From positions 620,001-684,000 of the forward strand of contig JBLDXI010000064.1 of assembly GCA_047495785.1 (NCBI GenBank): DNA of 64,000 nt, given 5' to 3'. The notes under the pieces were generated by a model. It saw only the letters and a list, made by a program, of their open reading frames with translations. It did not search any database and was not told the origin of the DNA. Within the stretch, counting starts at the first letter, position 1; the number at the start of each line of letters is the position of its first letter. Positions 35,809-49,620 of this stretch are shown here, one piece after another. The translations under genes and the position numbers were made by a program. Source of the DNA: Lepidodermella squamata. Taxonomy: Eukaryota > Animalia > Gastrotricha.

Positions 35809-38290
35809 TCAATAAATGTAGAGTTTGTTTTTGATCTCATCAACAATCGCCAGCATTTGCTTGTTAGGCGACAGAGCCATGCCGTTCGGAGACGACAGCT
35901 CGCCGTTCGAATTTTCAAGCCAATCCACGACTCGATACTCGAATTTAGGCAGCGCCATTTCCGTCGGCCGTTTCTTCAACCTATCCTTCACTTTCGCCTC
36001 GAAAGACCTCGAATCCTGATCGTTACCACTCGCGCCCTCATCAGCAGACTTATTACCACCGCCGCCCTTCTCCATTTCCTCGAGCCAAACTTGCTCCCGA
36101 ACCTTGTTCTCCCAGCGCCGAGATTCTCGAAGTGACAATTTCGTCGCAACCTTGCCGAACATTTGAACCTTGTAAGAATTCGCATTCGACACAATGACAT
36201 TCTCATGCTGATCGACCGTGACACCGCGAGCCTGGTTCAGCGTGCCGATATCATCACCCTTCACGCCAAACGTGGTGACAAACTCACCGAGGTGGTCGAC
36301 GATCAACACGTAGCTGTCACTGGTCGAGTTCATGCTGACGTAGATGAGGCCCGTGTTTTCGGAGGCGCACGCGTGGTACGGCGTGCCGTGGTAGTCATCG
36401 ACCAGATTGCCGACGTGCGACCCGGCCGAGTCGAACATTTGAACCGTGTTGTGGTGCGTGTCGCACACGTAGACCCGGTTTCGGTACGTCGTTATGCCCA
36501 TCGGGTACTTCAACTTTCCCTTGCCGAAGGTCGTTGAATACTCGCCCCAGGGTGAGAACACATGGACAGCATCGGCCTGAGAGTCCGAGACATACACCCT
36601 GAGCCCAGTCTCCTGAACAGCAACACCCCTAGGCCGGTACAACTGCCTCTCCTTCACAGTTAACGGATCCAGAGTGTTGCGAATCGACCCAGTCTCAACA
36701 TCAACCAGCCAAACTGTTTTGCAATCAGCCATCACTAGAGTTTCGTTATTGACAAAAGCGCAGGAGAAGGGACGAACGAAGCGATAAGTGCCATCTCTCG
36801 GCGACTCAATTACCCGTTTCGGCTGCGACAGTCTGTTCCATTTTGGCCGCATCAAATCGTTGATTTTTGTAAGGCCAGCGGGTAGAACTCGATCGCTGGC
36901 TGTTGGACCAGCCCCGCCAAACATTTCATGCACTGATTTATTATTGACTGCAGCCCGCATCCGCGAGTCGCCCAGCGTGTACAATTGTCCTTTTTTACCA
37001 GCAGCATGCTCAGGCATTAGGCTGTTGAAAGACTTCATGAAGCCATCATCCTCCTGGATCCCATTCGGGTCGTTGAATTGGCCAGGTTTCGCAGCGGGTG
37101 CGGCCTGGGCCATCTCCCGCTGTGTTACATGCATCTTCTTCGTCTCGGATTCGAGGTCTTGAATCCGGCTGGCCATGAGACCCATGTGAAACTGGAATTG
37201 GTCCTTGTTATGCTTGTACAACTCAGTTCTCGGGCCTTTGAACGTGCAGCCAAATTTTGCGAATTCACAGCGAACTGGCTTTTGCGAGCATTCGAAATCT
37301 TCGTGCTTTTGGAGCTAGATAAATTTTGTAGACGACTTGATTTTCAGTCGGAATAATTATTTTAGGGCTTACATTACGTCGTTTCACTTTCTCCCCACAT
37401 CCATGAGGGCATTCGAACGAAAAATCTGGGCAATCGTTGCCGAGATGGGACGAGTGTTTCGAGACTGGCATTTCAGCACCGCAAATGCATTCGATAATTC
37501 GATCTGGGTTGTAATTGCACCGCCTTTCGTGATCGTCCAGCTCGCGGAATTTGATTCGATCCGTACATCCCGCTGGTTCGAAGAAACACGGCAGTAACTG
37601 GTCGAGGATGATATTACTGATATTTGTCGCAGGTTTCACGAGTTTCATTTCGAATCTAAAGCCGCATTCTGGGCATAAGGATTCTTCAGTAGTTCGCAGC
37701 TCGAGGCATCGCTCGCAGAACACGTGGCCGCAATCGACGTGAACAATTTGAACCGGGTCCAGGAAAATTGACCCGCAAATGCCGCACTTCAACGCATCGG
37801 ATACGTCCTGAAATCGGTCGCGCAAATCGCGAATTTTCTCCTTCAAAATGCGGACGTCAGTGGTTTTTAGCGGCCGGTCGACCGCAATGTCTTGCAGGGA
37901 CACGTCCTGGTTTGCCTCGAGATGCTGTTTACGTTTCAATTCGTTGTTCAGCTGCTCGAGCTCGGCGCCTTTCCGCTTATCGTGAGCTTGTTTCAGGATA
38001 GATTTCCCATTTTGACCAGCGATTGGTTTTACAGGGACATTTCTCGGCGTTGGTTCGGATGCTTTGTTGAGCGATGGTTTGCTAGGCGGGGCTTGATTAA
38101 GAGGCTTTGCAGCCGGTTTTGCCGGTAAAGTCGGCAGTGGAGTTTTATTTTTGCCATTCTTTTTCCCTGGGGATTCGTTGTCTGATTCGAAACCACTCAG
38201 CTCACCCGATGAGATGTCGGATATAGACAGCGTAGTCGAGCTAGGTGCTCGCACGGGCTTCTTTTGCTGCAGCTGCACCTTTGGAGGCAT
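35809..38290 (-). CDS. RING + TRAF/SIAH-type zinc fingers + NHL-repeat protein, putative E3 ubiquitin ligase (~807 aa, 2 exons)
   Basis: Exons 38290-37373 and 37314-35809 (58-nt phase-0 intron). C3HC4 RING CGIC..CGHVFCERC..CPEC; CFFEPAGC..HERRC, CPHGC..HEDFEC and CEFAKFGC fingers; NHL blades RPRGVAV..VYVSDS, YPMGIT..VYVCDT, QARGVTVD, SPNGMAL. Start codon uncertain. Confidence 0.85.
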
Positions 38291-38485
38291 AAATAGTGGT
38301 GTACTTACAGCTCGCAATAGATTATTTCTTTACGCAATGTGGGAGTTGGTCTCAGCTGAAGGTGCTAAGCTATCGATCGCCACGACAAGAAACCTAGCCA
38401 TAGATTGAAAAGCACATTGCGGTATTGATCCAAGCATGCAACTATGCACTGCCTCAAATATTGATGATTCAACTACTCTACCTAT

Positions 38486-39000
38486 TACGCCACAAGAACT
38501 TCAAAAATTACTAGATATCCTAGAAAATTTTGCAGTTCGAAACAACCTGAAAATTAACGTAGAAAAAACCAAGGTCATGGTGTTTCATCGGGTCAGCAAT
38601 TATAAAACAGTTGATTTCGAGTTCAACATTTACAACAAAAAGATAGAGCAAGTGTCTGAGTTCAAATGTCTTGGAATCATCCTGACCTATAATCTAAATT
38701 TTAAACGCAGCTCTGAGACGGCCCAGGCTAAAGTTAAGCGAATAATTTCACAACTGCCAGACACACTTAGACCATATAAAATATAAAAATTAATTTCCTT
38801 CTAATACTTTCCGCACGCTGTACTGCTCATATTCTATTAGCCACATGACGTACGGGGCCGGCATATTGGGCTTCAAACTTCGAAACTCGATGCCGTTACT
38901 GAACATTTTATTTACAAAAACCGTCCTCTAATTACCTAAAAGTACTAGAAACGAGCTCATGGCTCGCGAATTTTGCATCGAATCACCTTGCGTCTTGATT
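38486..39000 (+). mobile_element. LINE RT fragment, close relative of the 42965-48580 element
   Basis: PQELQKLLDILENFAVRNNLKINVEKTKVM is nearly identical to ORF 46215-46694. Confidence 0.85.
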
Positions 39001-39984
39001 TGTTTGGGCCTTACGTTAGCGGCGGCGTAGTTTCGAACGAACTTCTTGCATGAGAATACCGTGATTTTGGTTGACCTTTTTGTGCTCGCGCCTGCCAGGG
39101 ATTTCCAGTTCCGAATTTCCGGGTTTGCAATGCAGCTTAGCAGTTACAGATCGAGAATGAAATCCGTCGTTATTGAATAATTGGCACCTGAATGATTGAT
39201 TGTGGCTGGCATTGGTCTTGCGGGCGTAGCTTTTGGTAAGATACTGACCAATAGCTTTCACGTCGTCACAATCGTCGATGAACCTTCCGGCCAATACGGT
39301 TGCATCTTCCTTCGCACTGTTGCTCCAGTTTCACCGTCCGAGGAAACACGTGGCGGCTAGATGATGAATAAAAACGGTTTGCTACTGCTGATAAAGAAAG
39401 GCAAGTAGCAAGCGGCGATGGAAAAATATGTTACGCTGACGAAGAATTCTTGCAGATTTTCCGCGGATTTTCCTCCCTCTCCCCCTCCTAACGTAGAGAT
39501 CTGAATGAACAAATAAAATGTGTTATGAAATCAAATCTGATTAACTTTAATATGCTCAGTTTTTCTGAAGTTCTCTCACGTTGGCTATCTTGTTAATTGT
39601 ACGAACACATTTTATTTGGATGAATGATAAACATACAGAAGCAAGAAGCAAACTTGGAATTTGAGTTTTCTGCCATTCCATTCACTAAGTAAAAATTTGC
39701 ATAAAGCATCATTTCTAAGCCGAATAATCTCATGAAATTTGTTCACATTGTTCGCAAACTTCATGAGATCTTTTAATAGTTCGCTTCAAGGTTTCAGCTG
39801 GAGTGAAAACTGTGTGGATTGTGGATTAAAAAAAATCGCAATCAACACATGCTGAAATGTCAGAAGGCATGCACATAAATAAATAGCTAAATTTTATAAA
39901 CGCAGGGCTAAATTTTGCGAATGACGATAAAAATGTTCCAAATATTCAGGCTAATTTTCGGGTCAATAAGAGCTATTTCGCATC

Positions 39985-42960
39985 ACTATGGGAGAGATTT
40001 GAGGTCGATGAACGTGAGCAGAATGATACTCTGAATTCGCTGATCTTGAAATTGTATCGAACCGGCAATAAGGCCTTTTATGTTAAAAAACAGAAGCAAG
40101 AAAACTCCGAGTATTTATCATTTTTCGACGGCGAATGCCAAACCAAACGCGAATTAATAAGAAAATCCAGGAAATTAGCTCTTACACATCCTTCAAATCC
40201 GCTATACAAAGCTGATATGGACAGACACGAAGTAGAATATAGACAGTTACTCCGCTCGAAAAAACAACTGCATGAAGGTAGACTGCAAGCGGAAGCCGTA
40301 GAATTCGCCGAATTAATTGAAACACACCCGTCCGACTTTTTCAAACTAGCAAAAGAACTAGATCGCCTAAAGAGCATTGAAACCAACGTCGATATGCCTG
40401 AGGCTAGCGAAATAATTAGCTTTTTCAGTCAGCTTTTCACAGCCTCAACAACGGGACCCGCTAGCCCTACGTCTCCAACAGTAGTAGCAAGGGCAACGAA
40501 CGACCAACACGACCTAGCCCTCGTAAAACCAGTATCAGTAGCAGAAATTGAATCAATTGTAGCTAAAGCTAAATCCAGTTCTAGTGCTGGCATAGACCAA
40601 ATCGACTACGAGTGTCTGAAACTAGACGGATGTAAGCGAGGATTATATCCCTTCCTAGCAGTGCTATACAGGGTGACTTTTTTATAGTGGAAATAATCTT
40701 TGTTAGCATTAATAGCGACTAGTACTGTCTAGTATTGCGAGTACTTGCACTGCACTAAAGTCGATTTCTCCAAACTCTTCAAACTCTATCTGATAATTAT
40801 CGCGTAATACCAGGCCATTCATAAAATGTTATTGCTAGCACGAGTTCGTTAAGTTTGGAGAAATCGACATGCAAGTACTCGCCATACAAAGATGATTCAG
40901 TACTAGACGCAATTATTGCTAACATGGATTATTGCCACTCTAAAAAAGTCACCCTGTATACTAAGATCCTGGAAACGGGCGAATACCCAGAATGCTGGCG
41001 TAAAGCACTACTGATTCCTATATATAAGAAAAACAGCCGATTAGATCCTAAAAATTATAGACCTATCTCACTTCTGTCGGTATTTGCCAAAATATTTTCG
41101 AGCATCCTAGAGAAACGCTTGCGAGAATGGTGCACGGCTAAAAAAATATTGCGCCCCGTTCGGATTCACGCCAAAAATAGGCACAGTAGATGCTTGTACC
41201 TTATTTTACGCCATCGTGGCTTATTACCTGACTAGAAAAAAGAAAATATACACAGCCTTCGTAGATTTCTCAAATGCTTTTGACAAAATCAGCCGTGCGC
41301 TCTTAATGAAGAAACTAAAAAAATTAGGACTGCCTTTGTCCTTTATCGAGGTAATTAGGAATATGTATGCCGACAATACCTTGCTGCTAAGAATGAAATC
41401 GTCCATTCTATTCGATAAGCCAATAAAGTCAAACGTGGGAGTCCGACAGGGTGACCCACTATCACCACTTTTATTTTCGATCTTCATCAACGATCTCATA
41501 CCCTTCCTAATGAAAGTTTTCCCCGGCTTGAGTTTTGGAGAATATGTAGTCTTGGCAATCCTTTACGCCGATGACTTAGTCCTACTGGCAGAAAGCCCTG
41601 AACAGCTGCAAAGCCTCCTGGATGAACTAGTAGCCTATGCGGAAGAAAATTCATTAATAATTAACGTCGATAAAACAAAAATCTTGATTTTCGAAAAAAA
41701 ATTTGTTGCAAATAATCAATTAAAATTTTATCTAAACGGCGAACAACTCGAAAGAGTTAAAGAATTTAAATATCTAGGAGTTTATTTTACTAATAATCTG
41801 AACTTTGATAAAATGGTGGAGGTTGTCAATGCGAACGCGAAACGAATTGCAGCGTTTATACCCAACATGATCGATCGATTCACCACATATTTACCACCCA
41901 AAACTTTTCACCTTCTCTATAATTCCTATCTGGTTAGCAACTATTCCTATGCTGGAGGATTTTGGGGTCAATCAAAAAAGGGCAACATTTTTTCCTTTCA
42001 ATACTCATTTCGTAAAACAGCTCTGCCGAATAGCCGCTGCGGCGAGGGACGAGCTCGTGAAACGAGAATTCTATCTAGATCCTCCAAGCCTAATCCTCAC
42101 TAAAACAGCTATTCGCCACTTTCTTAGACTAAAATTCGAGGACAACCATATTCTGCTGAAGACAGCTTTCGAAATAATTGATTCTAACTATATGAACACA
42201 TCTTCAAAAATTTACCAGAAGATGTTGAAAATTTGGGCGGAAAAGAAATTTTTAATGCTACATCTAAATTTGAGGGCCTAGCCCTGCTTGAGAGATGGTA
42301 CGAGAAATGGGTCGAAAATGACAAATTGTCGACGGCCTCTTCTATGAAATCGCTCTATCAAAATCCTGTTTACTCAGAAGAAAAATTTGACAAACTATTA
42401 ATATACTCTACTACGCGGCAAGCTTTCTGGTCAATTAAAAATATTTAAACTCTAGCAATGATTAGAACTAATTCCATACATAAACCGTTTTGCTATATAA
42501 ATAACTTCGGCCTTCGATGTATTTTCTGCTTTAAAAATAGTAATAATCTCGCCCTATCTCTTAATAGCTTCTCGGACTCTGTTGAACTGCTAACACACTT
42601 ATATCTAGAATGTAACCACTTGCCATTCCTACATAATAATGATAAAGCTGAAATAAAACCTGATAAAACTGAAATAATTAATTCCATAATTCGTTGTGAA
42701 TCTAGCGGCTCAGCCCATTTATCAAAAATATTATCCCTCGCCTACAATTACCGGACGACATTAAAGCTACATATATATCCTCCTTCCCCGACTACCTGAT
42801 TCTGACTGGGTCCTGATTATAACTAATTAATAATAAATGTAATTAAAATATCGCTCTGATAAACTATATCTGCACGTGTGACTGTGACGTGTGAGTATGT
42901 AATATATATCGAACGACGCACGCATAGACCTCTCGACGCCTATGTTTTTCAATTCAATTT
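39985..42960 (+). mobile_element. 5'-truncated LINE ORF2 with frameshifts and a MITE insertion
   Basis: SSAGIDQI, NYRPISLLS, FVDFSNAFD, GVRQGDPLSPLLF, LYADD, CIFC..HLYLEC; several frameshifts; boundaries approximate. Confidence 0.9.
40669..40956. mobile_element. Tc1/mariner-type MITE inserted in the LINE ORF2
   Basis: TA|CAGGGTGACTTTTT..AAAAAAGTCACCCTG|TA. Removing it plus one TA restores GTG CTA TAT ACT AAG (VLYTK). Confidence 0.92.
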
Positions 42961-42964
42961 TGCT

Positions 42965-45900
42965 TTGTTTTATTAGAAAAATCCGTTCACAAGTTGTTAA
43001 ATGCCAGCCCGAGGGCACCAAGCATATATATAGTGGTAGTTAGTATCGCGGTTAAGAAAACGGTAAGATAGCACTAGAGTTATTATTCTTCTATCATTTA
43101 TCATCAATTGTTATTATTTTTCGGCAAAACAGGGTAGGCACGATTTTTATAGTCATTTCTCCATTTTAGAATTAATTTGAGTAAAGTGGCTAAGTTGACG
43201 CTATTCGGGCTTTCACAGTTACACAAAGCATTCAAGAGTACAGTTTTATCGAAATCAGATTTGTTTCTATAATTATATGTACAGTTAATTGTAGCAGCGC
43301 AGTCAAAGATTAGATGACTTAAAAGGTTTACAGATTGAAGCGTTTCCTGTTCGCAAAAAATGCATTTCATTTCACCCAGAACATATTGAAATGGCTTAAA
43401 AATAGAATTTGTACGAATTTTGGCCAAAGTTTGTGCCTCCGTGATATCAAAAATGTCAAAATATTCTATCCATCTTGAGAGCCGCTGTTCGACAAACAAA
43501 TTTTGGTTGGTGTAGTAGGAGTTCAATTTTTCAAAAATGTTTGTTTCATCTCTGTCAATAAGGTGAGTTTTATAGTTCTCAATCAATTCAGGAACCAAGT
43601 AACTCGGGGCGTCAAATATATGATCGAAATTGTCTTTGGCAGTTTCATCCCGGAGATTTTTGTAGATGTGGCGGCACAGCGTGTTATTATTTTCGAGAAT
43701 AGTGAATGTCTCCTGTAGTAGGTTGTTATTTTTACGAAATTTTAGGGAAAAATAGTATTTTAGGGCTGCTATGAGCAGTGTTATTTTAGGGGTTCGATGT
43801 AAAATTCGCGAGCTACAAGCTCGTTTCTAGTACTTTTAAGTAGGTTGAGGACAGTTTTTGCAAATCATAGAGAACGAAGTGATCAGAGAGAACACTCGCG
43901 CATCGGCCTTGAAACGCTATTAATTCTTAATTTGAAATGAAAAACTCCAACCTAACATTTTTCGAAATTTGAACTTTTCAAAATGCATTGTTTTTGTGGG
44001 CAAAATTTGTGATTTTTCGAACGCTCATTGCATCAACGGGTATTTCCTGTTTGCCTTAATTCTTTGGCCATTGACGAATTGCGCGATCAGCTATCGATAG
44101 AAATTTCTTCCAAGAAACAGCGGCTTATCCTTCTAAATTGGCAAATTTTATAAAATGAGCCGCGACAAGTGAAAACCGTAGCTTACGACATTTTTTTCAA
44201 ATTCGAGTTCATTGCATGGTCTAATGCAGTTTTTCGCGCTCATTCCAAATCGGAAACCCATTTTTTAATATCTGCTACCGTTCTCAAGATATTAACAATT
44301 GAGTGCGCGCACATTAAAATTGCAATTTTTCAGGAGAAGCAAAAAACTAAAACAAAAGATTCGCACATTTAATAGCGACAAAATTTGATGAAACCTTTGC
44401 AAAATGCGTTGACCGAAACGCCTCATTTATTGGTTTTAATGGCCAACTAGGGCAGTTTGAGTCTTAGATTCTGAATTTCGCATTATTATGAACCTAAGCC
44501 CAGCCGATCTACCTTAATCTAACTCTTCTTTTCAAAGCACTCATTTCCCCACAGAGACGCAATTCCGCACCATTTTCTTACGTCTCTGTTTTTATGCTCT
44601 GTTTTTAAGCTGTGTGCCAACGAAACCGCCAATTGCGACGAGCTGAAAGGCTCGCCCTTTTTATATGGCTACAGCCGTTATAACCAATAAGCAGTATACC
44701 ACAGATGCAATTTGATTTTCAGACTTAACAGCGGTCCTCAAAACATCCACTCACGTTGCATAAGTTTCAATCGGCATCCACCGGCACACTGCTTATTTTT
44801 CACGATTTTCGGGCTCTTCGAGAAAAATCCAAAGAAAAAATCAAGGGGGGCCCTTCTGCCCCCATATTTTCTGACTCTAGTTGAAGAATTCCACAAGGGG
44901 ACCCTTTTGATTCGTGAAACCGGCTTTAATGATCAAGTTTTAGGCCTTTGGACAGAGCTTTTGGACCACAATTTTTAAAAAATTTGCTAGCTTCGCTCGC
45001 ACTTGTCTACTTTTTCAGTTCGGTCTGAACTCTCCAGCCAAACCTTTCTGATCTGGGCAGTATTCGCAGGAAGCATTCGCATTATAAAATGATACGATCA
45101 AACCCAGAACTTATCAATCTGAAAACCAAAATTTTGAAAGTTGATGGCTAAAATTTAGGATTAAAGGCTAGGAACGTTAGTACTTTGGCCATTTGGGGGC
45201 TATTTTATTGAAAAATCCCGAAATTTGCTCGCTTCATTCACATTAATTGGTTCAAATTACATGTAATCTCCAACAAAAGCCGCGGCAAAGTTTTCAATAA
45301 AAAAAGCTGCTAGTCGCTAGTCCAATATGGTCCAGCTCTCAGGTGGTATGTCCAGTCATTCAATTGTAAACCAAATGTATAGGGGCCCCCGAAGATGGAG
45401 ATTTTCTGTGGCCCCGAGGAATTTTTAACTAGGAAAATCCGGCACTGGTAGCTTTGGAGTATGAGGCATCGAACAGGCAGGGGCAACCAGGCCTGTTGAG
45501 TAACCTGAGTTCGGCGAAAAAGACAGCTCTATTCGAGGAGGTAGTTGTGTGTTATTCGAGAACATTATTCGAGAAAAAAGTGAAAAATAAGCAATTTCCT
45601 TGAAAAGAAATATTTTTTTATTCCGTTAGATTGCGATGGTAGAAGATATTTTGTTCCGCGTAATTGTTCCGATAGAAACATCTAGGGCCGCATCAACTAT
45701 TTTGAAAAAGCAGCCGTGTAGGATTTAGGAATTAAACTAATAGATCAGTATTTAGGCCTAGAAGAATAGTATTAAATTTGTTCATGAATTGGCAAAAGGT
45801 CCACAATTTTGAAAAGAATATTCATAGGGGTTATCGAAGCTGAGGAACCCAAATTTTCCACTTTCGAAATGCTGATACTCACCCTAGTAGTGAATTTCGG

Positions 45901-48580
45901 CCTTAGAAGCCACATTGAAGTATAACAAGGAAGGCCTTATTTCACATAGCCCTGGCAGTGTCAATTTTCCTCGCTGCTCATTGAATTTTTTTCTGTAACA
46001 TCTCTTAGTAGTAATGAGCTAATTATCGAAGTGGCGTAAGATTAGGACATTACCCACTGCCACAACGGTCCCTGAAAATTGATGAAAAATACCTCATGTT
46101 CACATGTAAACTGATTTTGAAAAAATCCAGCTCAAAAATTATTTAACAAAAATCGAGAAATTAATAGCGTTAGCTTAGCAAATAAGCGAGTGTTCTCTCT
46201 GATCACTTCGTTCTCTATGTTGCAAATAAAATGTTCAGTAGCGGCATCGAGTTTCGGAGTTTGAAACCCCAAATGCCGGCCCCGTACGTCATGTGGCTAA
46301 TAGAATATGAGTTGTACAGCGTTCGGAAAGTATTAGAAGGAAAATAGTTCTTATATGGCCTAAGTGTGTCTGGCAGCTGTGAGATTATTCGCTTAACCTT
46401 AGCTTGGGCTGTCTCAGAGCAGCGTTTAAAATTTAGATTGTGGGTCAGGATGATTCCAAGATATTTGAATTCAGAAACTTGCTCTATCTTTTTGTTGTAA
46501 ATTTTGAACTCGAAATTAACTGGTTTATAATTGCTGCCCCGATGGAACGCCATGACCTTTGTTTTTTCGACGTTAATTTTTAGGTTGTTCCGAGCTGCGA
46601 AATTTTCTAGGATATCTAGTAGTTTTTGAAGCTCTTGCGGTGATTTAGCCAGTAAAACTAGGTCGTCTGCGTACAAAAGGCAGATCACATACACTCGAGA
46701 ATAGTGTTAAACCTGGTGAGGCTTCAAATAATTCCGGAATTAGGTCATCGATAAAAAGGCAAAATAAAAGTGGCGAGAGCGGGTCTCCTTGCCGTACTCC
46801 TGTATTATTCTCTATTATGTTATCATGAATTAGTTTGTTTTTATATCTTAATAATAGTGAGTTATCGGTATACATTTCGTCTATAATTCGTCTGAAACGG
46901 GGGGACGTGCCACGTCTGTCCAGTTTTTTCAGTAATAATGGTCTATTTATGGTATCGAATGCACTTGAGAAATCTATGAAGGCTGCGCATGGCTTTTTGT
47001 CTATGTGTTTGGCTAAAACAGTGTAAAGTACAGTAGTGCCGTCGGTTGCTGATAGGTCTTCTTGGAAGCCAAATTGTGATGGGTTCAGATTTCTATCTTC
47101 ACTCGCGAGTAACCACATACCTCCTTAGGCGCTTGTCTAGTAGAGATGAGAATAGCTTACAAAATACTGATAACAGTGTAATCGGACGGTAATTTTTTGG
47201 GTCATTTTTATCATTTTCTTTGTGAATAGGTAGAAGAATGGCGCGTTTCCAAATTTTCGGGTAGACCCCGCTGTTATATATGGTGGTGTATAGTTTCGCT
47301 AAAAACGGATAGAGCCACGTTTCGCACTCTGCCATCTTAAGGCATCTGTAATCTACGAGATCAATGCCAGGTGCTGAGTTTGAATTTGCAGCTTCTATAC
47401 AAGGTTTAATCTCGGCAATTTCGAACGGTGCGTCAAGAATCGGGTCCTTCGCTTGCGTCGAGATCGATGTTGAGTAGTCATTTTTCGGGCTATTTTCATT
47501 GTTTTTATCGTAAAACACCTCTTTGAAGAAAGCTATCAAGTCCTCGCTCGATGGCATTTCAACATACTCCTCGTTTTTCAAATATTTGGCTAATTGTTTA
47601 CGAAGTTCCCAAAAATCGATCGGCGTTTCGCTTAGTAGCTGTAAAAATTTATCGGTTTTTTCCCATTCTTGTTGGTCTCTCTCGGCTTTTTTCTCTTCTA
47701 GCAATGCTCTATACTCCTTTTCGATCTGTTTCCTAATTTCACGGAAATTCAAGCATTTGGGGTGATGACGCTCGTGATTTTTGGCTGTGCGCAGTTCGTG
47801 CCTTTTCTTTCGGCATTCTTCATCAAAAAACTGCGCGTCGTCTTCTATTCGAGTTTTTACGTTATAGGTTTTAACGTAGGTCGCCTGGTTGATAAGAAAA
47901 TATAGGTCTTCGCATAATTCCTCGGTTGTGTCAGAGGTTTCACGGTCATTTCCTTTGCGGATGACAAGGTCGTTTTGGCATAGGCTGGCAAATAATTTCT
48001 TATTAAGGCATAAGCGGTTTAGTGGTTTCGGCTTTTCGAAGGAGCCATCTTCGAACACCTCGCAGCAGACATTTGTTTCTATGGCGAAGTGATCTGAGAG
48101 ATCTACGTTAGTGTTTACTTTGAAGTCTGCTATTTTTTCCACCGAACTTACACTGGCTAGGGCGTAGTCGATTACCGAGCCTCCTGTTTTACTATTCTTG
48201 TTCGGTTTTCTGGTGAAATGGCCTGTTTTATCGGAGGCTGAGCGCCCGTTCAATACGAATAAGTCTAATGAATCAATAAAATCCAAAAAGTCGGTAGAGT
48301 TGGGTGTTATTGTGGGGTCCTGGCTATTCCTGGATCGCCAGGGCTCTGGGAGCGATGAATCGAGAAGAGAGTCGTTGTCTAGAGTTCCTATTCGCGAGTT
48401 AAAATCGCCCATGACCAGGATTTCACAGGGTTTATATTTTTCCATTTCTTTTTTAGTATTTTTTATAGATTTTGAAATAGAATTTAGGTAATTTTGGTAG
48501 ACAGTTTTTAAATTTGTTGAGCCCTCAGAATTTGTAGGTAGATTGTAATTTGCGTATGCAAACACCAATATAGTGTAATC
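42965..48580 (-). mobile_element. LINE ORF2 (APE endonuclease + RT + C-terminal zinc knuckle) split by a 2.35-kb TIR element
   Basis: MGDFNSR, SVIDYAL, SDHFAI (APE); NYRPITLLS, GVRQGDPLSPLLF, LYADD (RT); CIFC..HLIFDC in ORF 43104-43598. Tail-to-tail with the plus-strand LINE. Confidence 0.9.
43866..46219. mobile_element. Non-autonomous DNA transposon with 34-bp TIRs and 8-bp TSD (P-element-like termini)
   Basis: CATAGAGAACGAAGTGATCAGAGAGAACACTCGC (43866-43899) and its perfect reverse complement (46186-46219); TSD TTGCAAAT (43858-43865 and 46220-46227); no transposase ORF seen inside. Confidence 0.92.
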
Positions 48581-48612
48581 GAAAATCGAAAAATGTTTTT
48601 CAATATATCGCC

Positions 48613-48710
48613 ATCATATTTGTGATCATATTTGTGGTGCGCCCAAAGCCCAACCGTGGCCGGTGCTTTTTATTACTTTTGAAATAATAAAATAAACAGC
48701 TTCTTGAACT
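48613..48710 (+). mobile_element. Very short LINE 3'-end remnant
   Basis: GCGCCCAAAGCC..TGGCCGGTGCT..AATAAA matches the 3' end of the 8291-9850 LINE (~9793-9843). Confidence 0.5.
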
Positions 48711-49487
48711 TCAATCAAACCGGCCGAATTCGTCCTATCCGCCAGGACTTATACAGGCGGAGTGCGTGACTTTTGAGCTGCAAAAACTGGAAAAGCTGAA
48801 TTCAGATCTGAATGCTGAGCCTCTGAAACTTCTTTAAACTGAATGTTCTCGGCGATTTGAGGGTGGGAGAAACTGTGGGACATTCATGGGAGTAATTTAT
48901 AATGTTAAATTCCAAAGCTGGAGGCGCCTGACACAGAAATTAGGGTGTTCGAAAAATCGCCTGAAATCAGCTGGGCGGATAGGACGATTTCGGCCTGTTT
49001 TTGTACAGCCTTAACGGTGATAGATAAAGACAAACGGATTTCAAGATTGTGATCAGGGCCTTCGAAAACCCCTAGAAAAGCTGTCACATATTTTTCTCCC
49101 GCAGATAAATAATTCCGCCATGAAGGGTTAATAAGCTTGAAGTAGAATTTATGCATGCACATTTCTTCTATGTTTCTTCCGCGCGGCACATTACGCATGG
49201 CTCATGGCTTATGTCTTTTCGTTTGGGTGTTCAACGTCAAAGACCGCTAGGCCGTCAGTGGCAATTGGCAATGTTTCTGCGCTAAACTTAACAACCTCAA
49301 TAGCCTTTTTTAAACTTTGCACAACCTTGCAAATTGCATTTGATCGATGTCCGAAAACCCAATTAAAATGCTAAAAGCAGACATCGGTCTGATTGTGAAT
49401 ATGCAGCTGCAGCTTACAGAAGTGGGCAGAAGGTGATGCTTTTAAAACGCAAGAATAGCCAGGCTGCTATTTTGAATCGAAACATAC

Positions 49488-49607
49488 CAGCCAGGTTGCT
49501 TCGACTGGTTGACTACTGCTTGGATCGTTTGATTCTGCAGCAGCAGTTGAGGTCAACGCAACCAGGCCCGATGCCAGCCCAAGAAAAGCGATTGAGAGGA
49601 GACGCAT
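49488..49607 (-). pseudogene. Locus C: orphan signal-peptide exon of the secreted-ankyrin family
   Basis: MRLLSIAFLGLASGLVALTSTAAAESNDPSSSQPVEATWL|GTATGT is nearly identical to exon 1 of locus E. The downstream intron resembles that of E until ~49130, then no ankyrin exon follows. Confidence 0.75.
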
Positions 49608-49620
49608 TTTGAAACTTTAA

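Noticed and set aside
37265-37315. Suspected frameshift between the RING ORF and the NHL ORF
   Set aside because: A 58-nt phase-0 intron (37315-37372) joins them in frame.
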